Assembly (NCBI RefSeq): GCF_030144855.1
Contig: NC_082708.1
Coordinates: forward strand, 59,582,001-59,646,000
Direction of reading: 5' to 3'
Length of the DNA: 64,000 nucleotides
Source of the DNA: Hypanus sabinus
Taxonomy: Eukaryota
In this document: positions 10,295-22,342 of the stretch, piece by piece
How the letters are laid out: each line of letters starts with the position of its first letter
Position numbering within the stretch: the first letter of the stretch is position 1
Notes under the pieces: model-generated
What the model was told of the DNA's origin: nothing
Database searches by the model: none
What the model saw: only the letters and a program-made list of their open reading frames with translations
Made by a program: the position numbers and the translations under genes

Positions 10295-13219
10295 ACGTTT
10301 CGTGGAACAGTCTGCATTCTCTGCATCAAGCAACAGTTGAGGTGTTCCAAAACCCACACGAGAGCCAGCGTCTCCTATTTGATTTGGGGACAACTGTTCT
10401 TTAGGACTCAGTACTCTTGAAGTACCGTACATGCTACCTGTTTCCATACACCACTTCGGTTTTACACGAGTACTCCCCCTAGGCCAAAGGGAGAGGCGTC
10501 TGCTGAGACCTTGGTTAATTTGTTCAAATCACAGAATGCCAATGTTGGCAGAGAGATAAGCTCTGCTTTTAGTGATGAGAATTACTTCTCCTGTGGTGTG
10601 TCTCAGGTCCAAACGTTTTCTGAAACAGGTCTCATATTGGTTTTCCTTTCTCTGCCAACTCTGGAATGAACTTTCGCAGCTGTTTAGCATGCCAGACAAA
10701 CTGCACATCTCTGATACATTCATAGATTGTTCCATGTTCCAAACTCCTGCCAGTTTATCTGAATTTGGTTGCGTTCCTTCTGAGGGCAGTTGGTGGCCCA
10801 AGAACTTTAACTCCAACTTTGCAAATCTGTATTTCTTTTTATTCAGGGTGATTCTAGTTTGTTTCAGTTTTTTCTAAGGCAGCTTCTACTCTTTTGTCAT
10901 GTTCCTTGGAAGTTCTCTGAGCCTCTGAAGTTCAATATATTGTCCATATGGCAAACTACTCCTTCCAGTCCTCCAAAATCTGGTTCATCCTGATCTGAAA
11001 GAGTTCAGGGATTGATGATATGCCAAAAGGGATTCTCTTGAAGGCATCGCATCTATATGGTATGATAAAGTTAGTGAGCTTCTGTGACTCAGGAGGTAAA
11101 CGGATCCATGAGTGTGCATCTAGTTTGGTGAAGAACTTTGCTCCACCAAGTATACCCAAATGGGTGCTGAACAGAGGGCAGAATAAACTTCTCCCACTTC
11201 ACTGCATTACTAACTGTTGTTATTCAACACAGATCCTCACTGTGCCATCTTGGTAGGGGCCAGGAACAATGCCCATGTACCCAGTCAGTTGTCCATTCAT
11301 GCTAGATGTCAAGCACCTCCATTCTCTCAAGTTCAGCTTTGACTTTGTTCATTAATGGGATGGGTAGACTCCTCACTGTGGTCAGAGAGAATGGCCTCAG
11401 CTGGATAGGATACTCTTCTTTCAGTAACCCCCCAGGCCTGTGAACAACTCCAGGTACTTCTTCTACCACTGAACATTGTTTAGCAAATCCAATCTTGCAA
11501 AGAGGTTCAGCTTCTCAATGGCATGTCATCCCAGTAGTGGTCATAAAATATTCTGAACAACATTGACATCTTTTAACTGTTTCTCATTTTTACGGGTGGA
11601 GTAGTAAACATTCTTTTCACACTGAGCTTATGTTTCCCTGGCCTGTGAGCACTTTCTTTGGGTTGAGTGCAATGCCTGTTTCTCACACCAATTTTATGAA
11701 TAGACATCCGAGGATGGCTGTGATGTCTACCCCAGTGACAATACTGAATGTCACTGCTTCATTTTGCAACTGAGCCATAGTACACCAGCCTTTTCTATTT
11801 GAGTCTAAAGGCCGAAGGAAAGTTCTCGCTCTGTCTGAATCATGGTTTTCTTTGACTTCCCGAAGAACTGTTTTTGAGTGACGTTTCTATAATGGCCAAC
11901 TCTATTTCATTGGTGGCATTTCACTTCTTTTGCTGGACAGAGTGGTTTGACATGGAATGGAGACTTGCTGCATCTGCAATTGGACATTTTACCTGCTCTT
12001 TGTTTGCTTGTCTGTTTTGTTTGAGCTGAGCTCTGCTGTCACCTTTTACTGCAATCTTTCTGACTGCACTTGTTTGTACCCTTCTCTTTGTACAGCTTCT
12101 AGCTTTACCTCAGCATCGTTATCGTGCCTGAGTTCTGCCTATTGCTGACAAACGTTCTCACTCTGTCTGCCTATAGTAATAGCTTTCTCTAGTGTGAGAT
12201 TTGCCAGCAACTGAAGTCTCTCTGGAAATTTGGTGTCTAGTAGCCTAATGCCAGTCCTAATGAGCTCTAATGAGCTCACCTCTTAGATTTCCATGTGTAC
12301 AGTTGTCTGACAGGGCTGTGATGAAGTCATTTACACTTTCATCTGGCTCCTGTTTTCTGGAGTTGAACTTTGCCTTCTCTTATATCACATTTCAGTTTCC
12401 TGTGAAATTTTCTTTGAATTTGTCCTGCACTGTTTTGTACTCCCTCTTCTGAGCATCTCTCAGTCCTAATCCACCCATGATGTCATCGGCTTTGTCACCC
12501 ATGCAGTATATCAGTGTGCTGACTTAATGTTCTTCCGATGCCTGGGTGAGATTGCTTGCAACCCTAAAACTCTCAAACCATCCGAGCTATCTCGCAAAGT
12601 TTCCTGGTTTGGACAAATCATATATCTCAGGGGGAGGGGAGAACTTTATTAGGTAAATAGAGGTAGAGACTGCAGGTATTTGCGCTATTTTCCTGTTTGC
12701 TTGTTTGTTTATTATTTTATTTATTTGAACTGCAAAAAATCCTTCCTCTGAGAGTTTGACTGATTCCTCTGACCTTTCTGCTATGTGTGTGTCTCTGTGC
12801 ACTTCCCCAGACTAGTGGCCCACAGAATCCACTTGAATTATCCACTTGAAGGTGTTGCCTGGCAATCCTGGCCGGTTCTCAGCTCAACCTTCATGGTACC
12901 TACAGTTAGCAAACTAGCATAGACAGCTTAGGTTGATAAGACTCTGGATATTTTCCATAGATTTATACAAACAAGAACAGTCTGACTGGAATTTCTTTCT
13001 TTTTGGGGATCACAGTGGGTCTGTAGCACCAATGCACTGATGATCAACCACCTGACACCATGTTATATTTGTTCTTGAGGGATAGTGCAGAGCACACCAG
13101 GAGGCCAGTATGCAGGATATTTCACTGAACATTATAGATAACTCTGCTTGTATGTGAACTTTTCCCATGTGGGAGTGGCTAACACAGTGGCATAGGAATA
13201 ACACTTAACTACCACAACA
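10295..13219 (-). mobile_element. Degenerate Ty3/Gypsy LTR retrotransposon (5' LTR, PBS, gag, protease, RT, RNase H start; 3' part missing)
   Basis: LTR TGTT...AACA at 13219-13061, followed by PBS TGGTGTCAGG (13060-13051). Gag remnant with a zinc-knuckle relic at about 11900, RT FFTKLDA..IPFGISS, and RNase H VSADASPFGLGGVL at about 10490. Confidence 0.85.
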
Positions 13220-13613
13220 AGGTGTGTCCTCCACAATGAAGACTGATGCAAACTGTCTTACAAGACTTCGGCTATTTCTACAATATCCAATATTAATTCC
13301 CCCATTTCATCTTCCAAGGGACCTATGTTCACTTTAGCCACTCTTTTCTGCATTATATAACTATATCAACTTTAAATGTCTGATTTTTGTGATAATTCAC
13401 TTTCATAATCTACCTTCCCTTATTGCTTGATTAGTGGTTCTTTGTTGCTTCTTTAAAAAGATTTCCGTATCTTCTCGTTTCCCACTACTCTTGACAACTT
13501 CCAGATTTTGCCTGAAGGTGTGGTGGAGATAAATGTTCTCACAGCATTTAAGAAATATTGCGAATAGGCATTTGAAACACTGTGACTTGGAAGGCTACAT
13601 TTTGCCTGTAACT

Positions 13614-13838
13614 CAAAACGCTGGAGGAACTAAGGGGGCCAGGCAAAGAGAAAAGAGAACAGTGGACGTTTTGAGCCTAGACCTTTCAGCATCTCTACTG
13701 AGTACTGCTGAAGGGTCTCGGCCCAAAGCGTTGACTAGATTTTTCCATAGATGCCGCCTGGCCTGCTGCATTCCCCCAGCATTTTGTGTGTGTTGCTTGA
13801 ATTTCCAGCATCTGCAGATTTCCTCGTGTTTGTGTTTG
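13614..13838 (+). mobile_element. Fold-back Penelope pLTR mini-element with decayed hammerhead motif
   Basis: CTGCTGAAGGGTCTCGGCCCAAAGCGTTGAC, with the same 3' arm as 4488-4696. Approximate 15-bp TSD (12/15). Confidence 0.7.
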
Positions 13839-14129
13839 ATATTGCCTGAAAGTCTGATTAGCATCCAGAGGTACTTTATGCCCGGCACCGATACCATGGG
13901 CTAGTTCTATGCTGCGTGATTCAAGAATTATATAAATTTGTTCACAGGCATGGCATGTAAAATAAAAATACTACTGGCAATTTCATTGTATTAGAGTATG
14001 CCATTTAAGGGCAGCATGTCAAATTGGTGGCCCGATTTTTGCAGTTAAAACGGTGATTAACATTAAAGAGAGACTTGGTGATTTTGGCTATAATTCAGCT
14101 GGGAGGATAATAAAATGTTACTAAATGTA

Positions 14130-14360
14130 CAGCGGTACGAACAAAGAGACGGAGCTGGGTCACTGGCCATCTGCAGCGCGGGCAGCGTTGCGCTTCCTTC
14201 CCTTTGCTCCAATTGGACAGCCGTTGCCAGGGAAGCAAACCCCGTGACACCGGCAGCGACGCAGCGAGAAGCGGAAGCGGAAGCGGACGCGGACGGTTGT
14301 GCGAATGGACTAGAGCTGCGTAAGTAGGGGCGCTGAGTCTTCCTGAGTCGGCGGGAGCAA
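14130..14360 (+). promoter_or_regulatory. TXNDC9: TXNDC9 CpG-island promoter and non-coding exon 1 (donor after 14319)
   Basis: CpG-rich. CCAATTGG at 14209, tandem GAAGCG/CGGAAG ETS-like sites at 14268-14287, and donor CTGC|GTAAGT at 14320. Confidence 0.7.
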
Positions 14361-15858
14361 TCGTTGGTGCATTTATGTGTGGGGAGTGATGCTGGAGTCT
14401 TCTGTTTCTTGTCAAGTTCTTTTTTACTGATCTGATATGGTCTTAAACAGAACATGTGGGAGGCGAGAGCTGCACTGACCGAATGGAGGGAGATTGGGCC
14501 TGAGGTTTTTCAGTTCACAGTCTGGCAGCTCACACTTGCAACCCCGCCTATTTTTTACACATGCCCGTACGACACAAAAGAGTCCATTTCAGCTGTCTGG
14601 AATGAAGCAATACATCTCCCCGCTATTCTTCTTGCATTTTTATCAACTCCCTTAGATTCTACAACACTACTTGGGATAATTTACTGTGGCCAATTAACCT
14701 TTCAATCTCCACATCTGTGGGATATGATGATAAAGCGGATCATCTGGGGGGAACCTACACAGGCCCATTTTAACTCTGTTAACACCGTTATATAGGGGTG
14801 GCCGAACAGTAGGAGACAGAGTGGGACTGATGGGCAGATAGTCAAATGACAGGAATTGACGCGAGAACTTTACAATTTCGCGTATTGAGAATGATTCGGA
14901 TAATTCGTCAAATTATATAAAACACAGTTATCGGAAAAAAGTGAATGGCATGTTAAATTATCTTTTTAGATTGAGTGAAGAGAGAAAACATTCAAAATGG
15001 TGCTAAAATCTGATTGACACATTGTAAGGAATTTGGTTTGTATACATTAGCATGTCATGAACTATTATAGGAAATTACCCAACAGTTCTTTAGGATGCTG
15101 GCCTTTTACTTTAAGGTAAAAGACGGGAGAAGCTCACGAAATAGACTAATAATACCATTTTGCCTGTAAATCTTTAAGTTTTGTACAGAACCACGCCCTC
15201 TGCCAGTCGAAGAGCCTGATGAGATTGTGATTTTTCCTTGAGCAAAGTCAAACCAGTTCCCCTCTCAGCCACTCCGCTGTTCTGTGTAGTTGAATCTTTC
15301 ACATGAAATAGTTTCTCCTTTGACTTCTAAATAAAAAGTGTTGTTGTGGGAATCTGGATGGACTTAGTCACATTCAAACCACTTAGATTCCGTCTGGAGT
15401 GCGAAATTTCATCATCGTTGTTAATGGCTCCGTTTACCACATCTCCTGTCATCCTGCTTGTACGGAGTCCACTCTCATAGTTTCTCCATGTTCGCAGTAT
15501 TTGTGCAGAAAATGACACATTCCATACCGATTTTTCACGGGCAGTGTGATTTTTTTTTGGGGGGGGGGGTAGCGAAAGGGGAGGAATTGTATACCGGAGC
15601 TGGATGTGGAGGCTAAGTCACTGCGTATAGTCAAGAAAGATTTTTCTGGTATGAAGGGATATAGTTGGTGCAGATTTGTATGCAAAACATATTTAGTCAG
15701 CTTTTAAAATTCCAACTAATTGCTTTCTGTATAATGTGGAAATAGATTATTTTGTGTTTTTACTAGACGATAAATTCAACAGTATTACATTAATGCTATG
15801 TATATTTATTTCGAAAAGCCTATTGTTTTTCTTCTGAGTTCTGTGAAGATTGGCAAAG

Positions 15859-16047
15859 ATGGCAAGTAATCCCTCGATGGCTGTGCTCAGTAAAGTAATT
15901 GAACAGCAAATGCTGCAAACAACAGAAATTGTTGAACAACATTTAGATACCGAGATTGAAAAATATGAAACGATGGATGGAGATGAACTGGAGAATCTCC
16001 GAGCAAGAAGACTTGAATCACTGAAGAAAGCACAACATCAGAAACAG
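15859..16047 (+). CDS. TXNDC9: Thioredoxin domain-containing protein 9 (phosducin-like 3 family), coding exon 1
   Basis: MASNPSMAVLSKVIEQQMLQTT...KKAQHQKQ matches the TXNDC9 N-terminus. Donor CAG|GT. Confidence 0.95.
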
Positions 16048-16797
16048 GTGAAAACTTGAAAACAGATTTTGATCAATTTTGTACTGACTAGAACTGCTAG
16101 TGCAAACTATACAGTAATTAGTGCTAACAGAAAGTGCATGAATTTTATTGATAGTTGGAATTTTAATTCAAGTGCTTAAATTTTGTATGTTTATACTGTA
16201 TGGTGCAGCAATGATACTAAAATTTTATTCTTGAGGGTAAAGTACAATTGTTTTTACATTGATTTGTTAAAGTACAATTTTTTTTTCAAGTGGATCAGAA
16301 TCCAGTTTAATATCACTGTTATATGCTGTGAAATTTGTTAATTCTGTACTGCAGTAGCAGTAAAAAGTAGCATGCGGTACTTGAAAAATGCGGTACATAA
16401 GTAGCATCCGGATCATGCGGTAGCATGATCAATAAAGAAAAAAAGGTAAATGAATTACAGTAGGTATACAAGTGTATTAAATAGTTAACATTAAAATTAG
16501 TAGTGCAAAAACAGAAAGTGAGATAAGGTTTATGGGTTCAATGTCCATTTAGAAATCAGTTGACAGAGGGGAAGAAGCTCTTCCTGAATCACTAAGTGTG
16601 TGCCTTCAGGCTTCTGTACCTTCCTGGCGGTAACAATGAGAAGAGGGTATGTCCTGAATGATGGGAGTCCTTAATAATGCACACTGCCTATCATGAGAGC
16701 TTAACAACCTAGGATTTGATTTAATGCAGATATGCTTTCTTATTTAGATAAAAAGGAACATAAACATTTTCACATGTTGTTTTCCATTTGTCTGCAG

Positions 16798-16916
16798 GAA
16801 TGGCTATCAAAGGGCCATGGTGAATACAGGGAGATTCCCAGTGAAAAAGATTTTTTTCAAGAGGTTAAGGAGAGTAAAAATGTGGTTTGCCACTTTTATA
16901 GGGATACGACATTTAG
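16798..16916 (+). CDS. TXNDC9: TXNDC9 coding exon 2
   Basis: [39 protein letters not shown], with AG/GT borders. Confidence 0.97.
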
Positions 16917-17048
16917 GTGAGAAGTTGGATTTTGGATAAGAAATTACATTTTGAACAAAAGAATGCATTGTCTTTTTTAACTTGGGGTGGAGGGGGGTAA
17001 GAAAATAATTCTAAATTTGTTGCATTACTTCTATTTTCTTTAATCATA

Positions 17049-17747
17049 TGTAACCCCCTGGGTCGCCTCAGGCTCGCTCAGCTCGTTCTCGTCTAGGGGG
17101 AGCAGCCTTCGGCCCCGCCAAACTGGGTAATCAGCTGGTGTGGATGCTGTGTGATGTCCCCGCCTCGCCCAAAACCAGACAGTACACCATATGCAATTAA
17201 ATGAGTACAATTTATAAAGGTTACTATAACTAAGTGATTAATAACGATACAGTATATATGAAGAGAAAATTAAAGAAAAGGCACCAAATGTATCAAAGTC
17301 CAAACCACTTCGTGCACAACCGTTGGAGCTCAATTACTGAAGTCTTCTGGCCACCATTCGATCCCCTCCGAACTCCTCGACTCACAGCTCAGGACCCTCC
17401 GAACTCGACTCTCCAAACAGCTCAGGACCCTCCGAGTGGTCAAACAAGCACATCTAGCTTCATCCCCCCCCCCCCCCCCCCCGGAGAATTTCCCGGCCTC
17501 GGACCCCCCTTTGGGGTCCGGTCCTCGCCCAGCTTAGAGCATTGCGTCCTCTCTCTCGACCCCCTCGCGCCGATCTGCCCAAAAGCCCGTCAACAAAAGC
17601 TTACAGACTCAGAAGAAAGAACATTAATCCCCATTTGGTTTACAAAGGAATACCATTCTCGTTATCAGTAAATTAGCATTCCTGCTAGTTAACAAAAGGA
17701 AACCCTTTCCCAACAGTAACAAAGAAAAAAAAGAAACCCCCTTTACA
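17049..17747. mobile_element. Solo LTR (699 bp), TGTAA...TTACA, 4-bp TSD CATA
   Basis: CATA at 17045-17048 and 17748-17751, perfect 5-bp terminal inverted repeat. CpG-rich, with internal CAGCTCAGGACCCTCCGA direct repeats. Confidence 0.88.
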
Positions 17748-18555
17748 CATAAATGAATCCCAAATTAAAATACAATGCAAATTTATTATCTCTAAAATAT
17801 ATAGTGAATACTCTTTCTATCAACCATTTAATGATCTGCTGATTCAGCACCAATCAAACTTAGTGCACAATGCCGAAAAACTGTTAGTGTCAATCTTTGT
17901 TGCATTGTTGATTTTGTAACTCATGACATGGTTCCAGCTGCCAGTCCAGATAAAACTTCCAAAAATCCACAGCCTTCAACTGTGGCTTAAATTCTCCCTG
18001 TGCAAAGTGCAATGTTTGCTTGGTACACTAGCTGTTCTGATGAATGAACTGAATAGTCTCTGCAGCAGGAGGTTGTAAAAGCAAACTCAAGCTGTATGAT
18101 CAACTAATGCAGTACCAGAGTAACATGAGTCAGGTTAAAAGAAAAGCTGGGTGCCTTTAACACTACATCCTCCCATCAAATATTTGTGGATCCTTTATAA
18201 CTTGGTGCTTTAGGGATTAAAGCACTATGAAGCTGGTCTCCTGGAGAGATGCATGCAGCAAATGACATATTCACCCAAGCTCTTGTTCAAATTATCTATT
18301 AATTTTCTTTGAACAAGTGCTTTAGCTTCAGTCATTTTGGGACAATACATTTAAGCAGGTAATACCTATTATTTTGATGTCTTTTACTGGGTGTAATAGG
18401 TGGACAAAATCCATTGAATTCCATGAATCACGATTTTTCATTGATTCATCATCATTTGTTTTATTTCTCTGCTCATACTGAATATTTCTATATTTTAAAA
18501 AGACCAACAATGCATGTTGAAACTATATAAAGTTAATTTATTCTTTCATGTACAG

Positions 18556-18810
18556 ATGCAAGATAGTAGACAAGCATTTGACTATTCTGGCTAAAAAACA
18601 TATTGAAACCAAGTTCATCAAATTAAATGCAGAAAAAGCTCCTTTCCTTTCTGAGAAATTACGAATCAAAATAATTCCAACAATGGTCTTAGTGAAAGAT
18701 GGGAAAGCAAAAGATTACATTGTTGGGTTTGATGACCTTGGTTGCACAGATAATTTCACTACAGAAACTTTGGAATGGAGATTGGGATGTGCTGCCATCA
18801 TTAACTACAG
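18556..18810 (+). CDS. TXNDC9: TXNDC9 coding exon 3
   Basis: [20 protein letters not shown]...[11 protein letters not shown]. Phases are consistent with neighbouring exons. Confidence 0.97.
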
Positions 18811-19226
18811 GTAGGCTTATTTTATGATGTGGATATATTGGTACATTTCATTTCTAGAATTATGTTTTTTTATCTTGAATGTATGGTTTTCAAAGAAAAT
18901 ATTCTTGACATTTTTTAACATTCACAACTTTAAGCTGATTCTAATGTATAATCTTCTTAAAAATGCTGCTTGGGGGAAGAAGCTTGATAGAATTCTGTTT
19001 TGTCAGAACCTATCCCCTTTACACCAAATAAATTATTCTGAAACTGGGCCACTGTTGTAAAGGTTAGAAAATACTATAGTCATTTTTCACATGTATGGGT
19101 CTCAGAAACATCAACAAGATGATTACTGGGTAATCTAGTTAATGTTGCAGACTGAGGGATAAATGTTAGGTCAGACACAAGGAAAATCCCTTGACCTTTT
19201 TCAAAAACAGCCATAGGATGTCAGGA

Positions 19227-19262
19227 TGTCCTGACGAAGGGTCTTGGCCCGAAACGTCGATA
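19227..19262 (+). ncRNA. Minimal type I hammerhead ribozyme motif (Penelope pLTR type) with intact core
   Basis: TGTC-CTGACGA-A-GGGT(CTTG)GCCC-GAAA-CG-TC-GATA. It lies within a 104-bp insert (19222-19325) bounded by the 9-bp TSD ATAGGATGT. Confidence 0.75.
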
Positions 19263-19444
19263 GCGCTTCTCCCTATAGAAGCTGCCTGGCCTGCTGTGTT
19301 TACCAGCATTTTGTGTGTGTTGTTGATAGGATGTTTATGTAAGTTTGCAAAGAGAACTGAAGCTATGATTTAAAATTTACATTGCCTTCCCATTTAAATG
19401 CTGTGCTTATAGCACATTTGACATATGAAAGCACTATCCTTAAG

Positions 19445-20020
19445 CCAAAGTTCCTCAGCATCCACATCACTGAGGACCTCACTTGGTCTGTACACACCAG
19501 CTCTGCTGTGAAAAAGGCACAACAGTGCCTCTTTCACCTCAGATGGTTGAGGAAGTTTGGTGTGGGCCCCCAAATCCCAAGGGCTTCCTACAGAGGCACA
19601 ATTGAGAGCATCCTGACTGGCTGCATCACTGCCTGGAATGGGAACTGTACTTCCCTCAATCGCAGTACTCTGCAGAGAGTGGTGTGGACAGCCCGGCATA
19701 TCTGTAGTTGTGAACTTCCCATGATTCAGGACATTTACAAGGATAAGTGTATAAAAAGGGCCCGTAGGATCATTGGGGACCCAAGCCATCCCAACCACAA
19801 TTTATTACAGCTGCTACCATCCGGAAGTGGTACCACACCATAAAAGCCAGGACCAGCAGGCTTCGGAGACAGTTTCTTCCACCAGGCCATCAGAATGATG
19901 AACTCAAACTGACTTGAGTGTACTCTGACTGTTACATTGACTGTTCTATTTATTATAAATTACTATGATTACACTTACTCCATGTATATGAAGGATGTAA
20001 GAAATAAAGTCAATTCAATA
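19445..20020 (+). mobile_element. Rex1/Babar-like LINE 3' fragment
   Basis: KFLSIHITEDLTWS..KKAQQCLFHLRWLRKF..YRGTIESILTGCITAW, followed by an AATAAAGTCAATTCAAT tail. Confidence 0.85.
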
Positions 20021-20169
20021 ATTGGCAGATTGTACAATACAAACAAATACTCCAACAAATGACTGGATATCCTATTATTGACCTGCTATTTTCTCACCAA
20101 AATCTGCAGTAATTTTACACTCCAGACTCCTTTGCCACTTGCCTATGGCTACCCAACTTATTTAAAATG

Positions 20170-22100
20170 TTGAGCACCACACAGTGCTGGAGGAACTCAG
20201 CAGGTCAGGCAGCATCTATGGAGGAAAATTAACAGTTGACATGTCAGGCTGAGATCCTTGATGAGCACTGTAAAGAAATAAGCAGGGCCAAATTTCAAGG
20301 GTGGGAGAGAGCAAGGAGCATGAGCGGGCAGATGGCAAGTGAACCCAGGTGCGAGGGGGAAGATGGGATGTGAGGTGGGAAGGAACAATGTTAGAAACTG
20401 GGAGGTAATAGGTGAAAGATGCAAAGGATAAAAGGTGAAGAAGGAATAGGATGGGAGAGTATACTAGACCATGGAATAAAGGGAAGAAGACAACCAAGGT
20501 GAAATATGTAGTGTTATTCATTCTATCTGTGTTTGGGCTCAAAGTGGCAGTATGGGATCAGGAAGTGGGATTGAAATGATTGACCACTGGGAAATCCTGG
20601 CCAATCTGCATCAGGTCTCACAAATGTATCTGGCTGCACTGGGAGAACAGGATACAAATAATTGACTTTAATGGATTTGCACGTGAAGTTCTACCTCACC
20701 TGGAAAGACTATTTAAGACTCTGCGTGGTGGTGAAGGAGGTGGTGTAGCTGCAGGTATAAAAGCACAATTGTAGGGATGAGTACTTAGACGGGATCATTG
20801 GAGAGGAATGAATGGACAAGAAGAGAGTGATCCTGGGGGGGAGGGGAAGATGTGCCTGGTGTTGGCATCTCATTGGAGATGACGGATGTTGCGGATAATG
20901 ATGGGTTTGATGCAAAGGTTCGTGCGATGGTAGGTGAGAGAATGGGCAGAGTGGGGATGGGGCGGTAAAAGGAGAAGTGTGTGAGGGCTGTTTTGATAGG
21001 GAGGGGAAACCCCATTTTCTGGGGGGGGGTGAAGAAGGACATGTCCGAGCATGGAAATCCTCATCAAGAGAACAGATATGCAAAGACAGAAGAACTGTGA
21101 CAAGAACTTGCAACTTGCAACCTTGCAAGTGACAGTGTGGGAAGAGGTGTGGTCAATGTAACTGAGTCAGTAGGTTTTTATAAAAGATAGTAGAGACAGA
21201 TCAACAAAGGGGAGAGAGTTGTCAAACATGGCACAGGTAAATTTGAAGGTGGAGTAGAAGCTGGTGAGATTGACAGGCTCTGCATGGGTGCCGGAAGCAG
21301 CATCAATGCAGCCATCAGTGTAGCAAAAAGTTAGGGAGCATTACCAGTTTAGGTTTCTAACATGCATTGTTCTATGTAGCCAATGAAAAGACAGAATTGG
21401 GACCCATGCGGGTGTGAAAGCTACACCTTTCATCTGGAGAAAGTGGGAGAAGTGGTTCAGGGCAAGTACCAGGTTTGCCAAATGAACGAAGGAAGGTGGT
21501 GGTGGTGAGGGGAACTGTAATAATAATAGAAAAGCAGAGACTGTTGAGGCCTTCCTGCTGGAGAATAGAAGTGTTCAGGGACTGGATGTCTGGTGAAAAT
21601 GAGGCAAACAGCTGTAGGGAACTGAAAGTTGTTGGAAGTACAGGAGAGCATGCAAAGTGTCATGGATGTAAATAGGAAGGGACTGAGCTAAGACAGGACA
21701 AAATGAAGTCGCCATACAAGGAGGTAAGTTCGGTGGGGCAGGAGCAGTGTGCTTACTGGTGCAGTTAGGTTTGTAGAACTTGGGTAGGAAATAGAAATGT
21801 GCAGTGCGAGGTAGGGAAACTGAGGCGGGAGTCTGTGGAAGGGAGGTCTCTCAAGGTAACGAAGTCAGTGCCAGTGCGGGGGACGGTGGTCTGATGCTTC
21901 TCAACAGGGTCCTGATTCAGGGATAAGTAAGAGGAGGTATGGGAGAGCTGTGATCTGGTTGTCAGACTGCAACAGCACTGTCTTTATCGCAAATTTGGTA
22001 AGTTTGGGATTAGTAAGGAGAGAGAGGAGCAGTGCATTCACAGGGCGAGATACTGGTGTAGGTGAGTGGAATTGTGAAGAGATCTCAGCAGTTTGAGATG
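20170..22100 (-). mobile_element. Penelope-like retroelement, degenerate
   Basis: RT relics IFT.DIQSLNTSI (about 21570) and QMKGVA..TRMGP (about 21410). The pLTR with a decayed hammerhead lies at 20170-20270. Confidence 0.75.
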
Positions 22101-22227
22101 AAAAGTCTTTTCCACCAAACACAGGCATTACTCTAATAGTGTATAATATAACCTCCAAGCAGAAATTGTCATTGAACTTTAAAAGAACACATTAAAATCA
22201 ACTAAAGTCTGACTGTTTTCTTCTTAG

Positions 22228-22342
22228 CGGAAATTTGATGGACCCACCTTTCCAGATGCAAAAAAAATGTGGAAACATCACAAAGATGGAGAAAAGGACA
22301 ATTAGAGGAAAGAACAATGATTCTGATTCAGATGATGATTAG
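22228..22342 (+). CDS. TXNDC9: TXNDC9 final coding exon
   Basis: GNLMDPPFQMQKKCGNITKMEKRTIRGKNNDSDSDDD-stop. AATAAA at 22429-22434. Confidence 0.96.

Noticed and set aside
14063-14455. 130-aa minus ORF containing DKKQK, a possible EIF5B start
   Set aside because: No MGKKQK start or matching donor. It is a chance ORF across the GC-rich TXNDC9 promoter.
17234-17671. 145-aa proline-rich ORF
   Set aside because: It lies entirely within the solo LTR, and the prolines come from a C-run.
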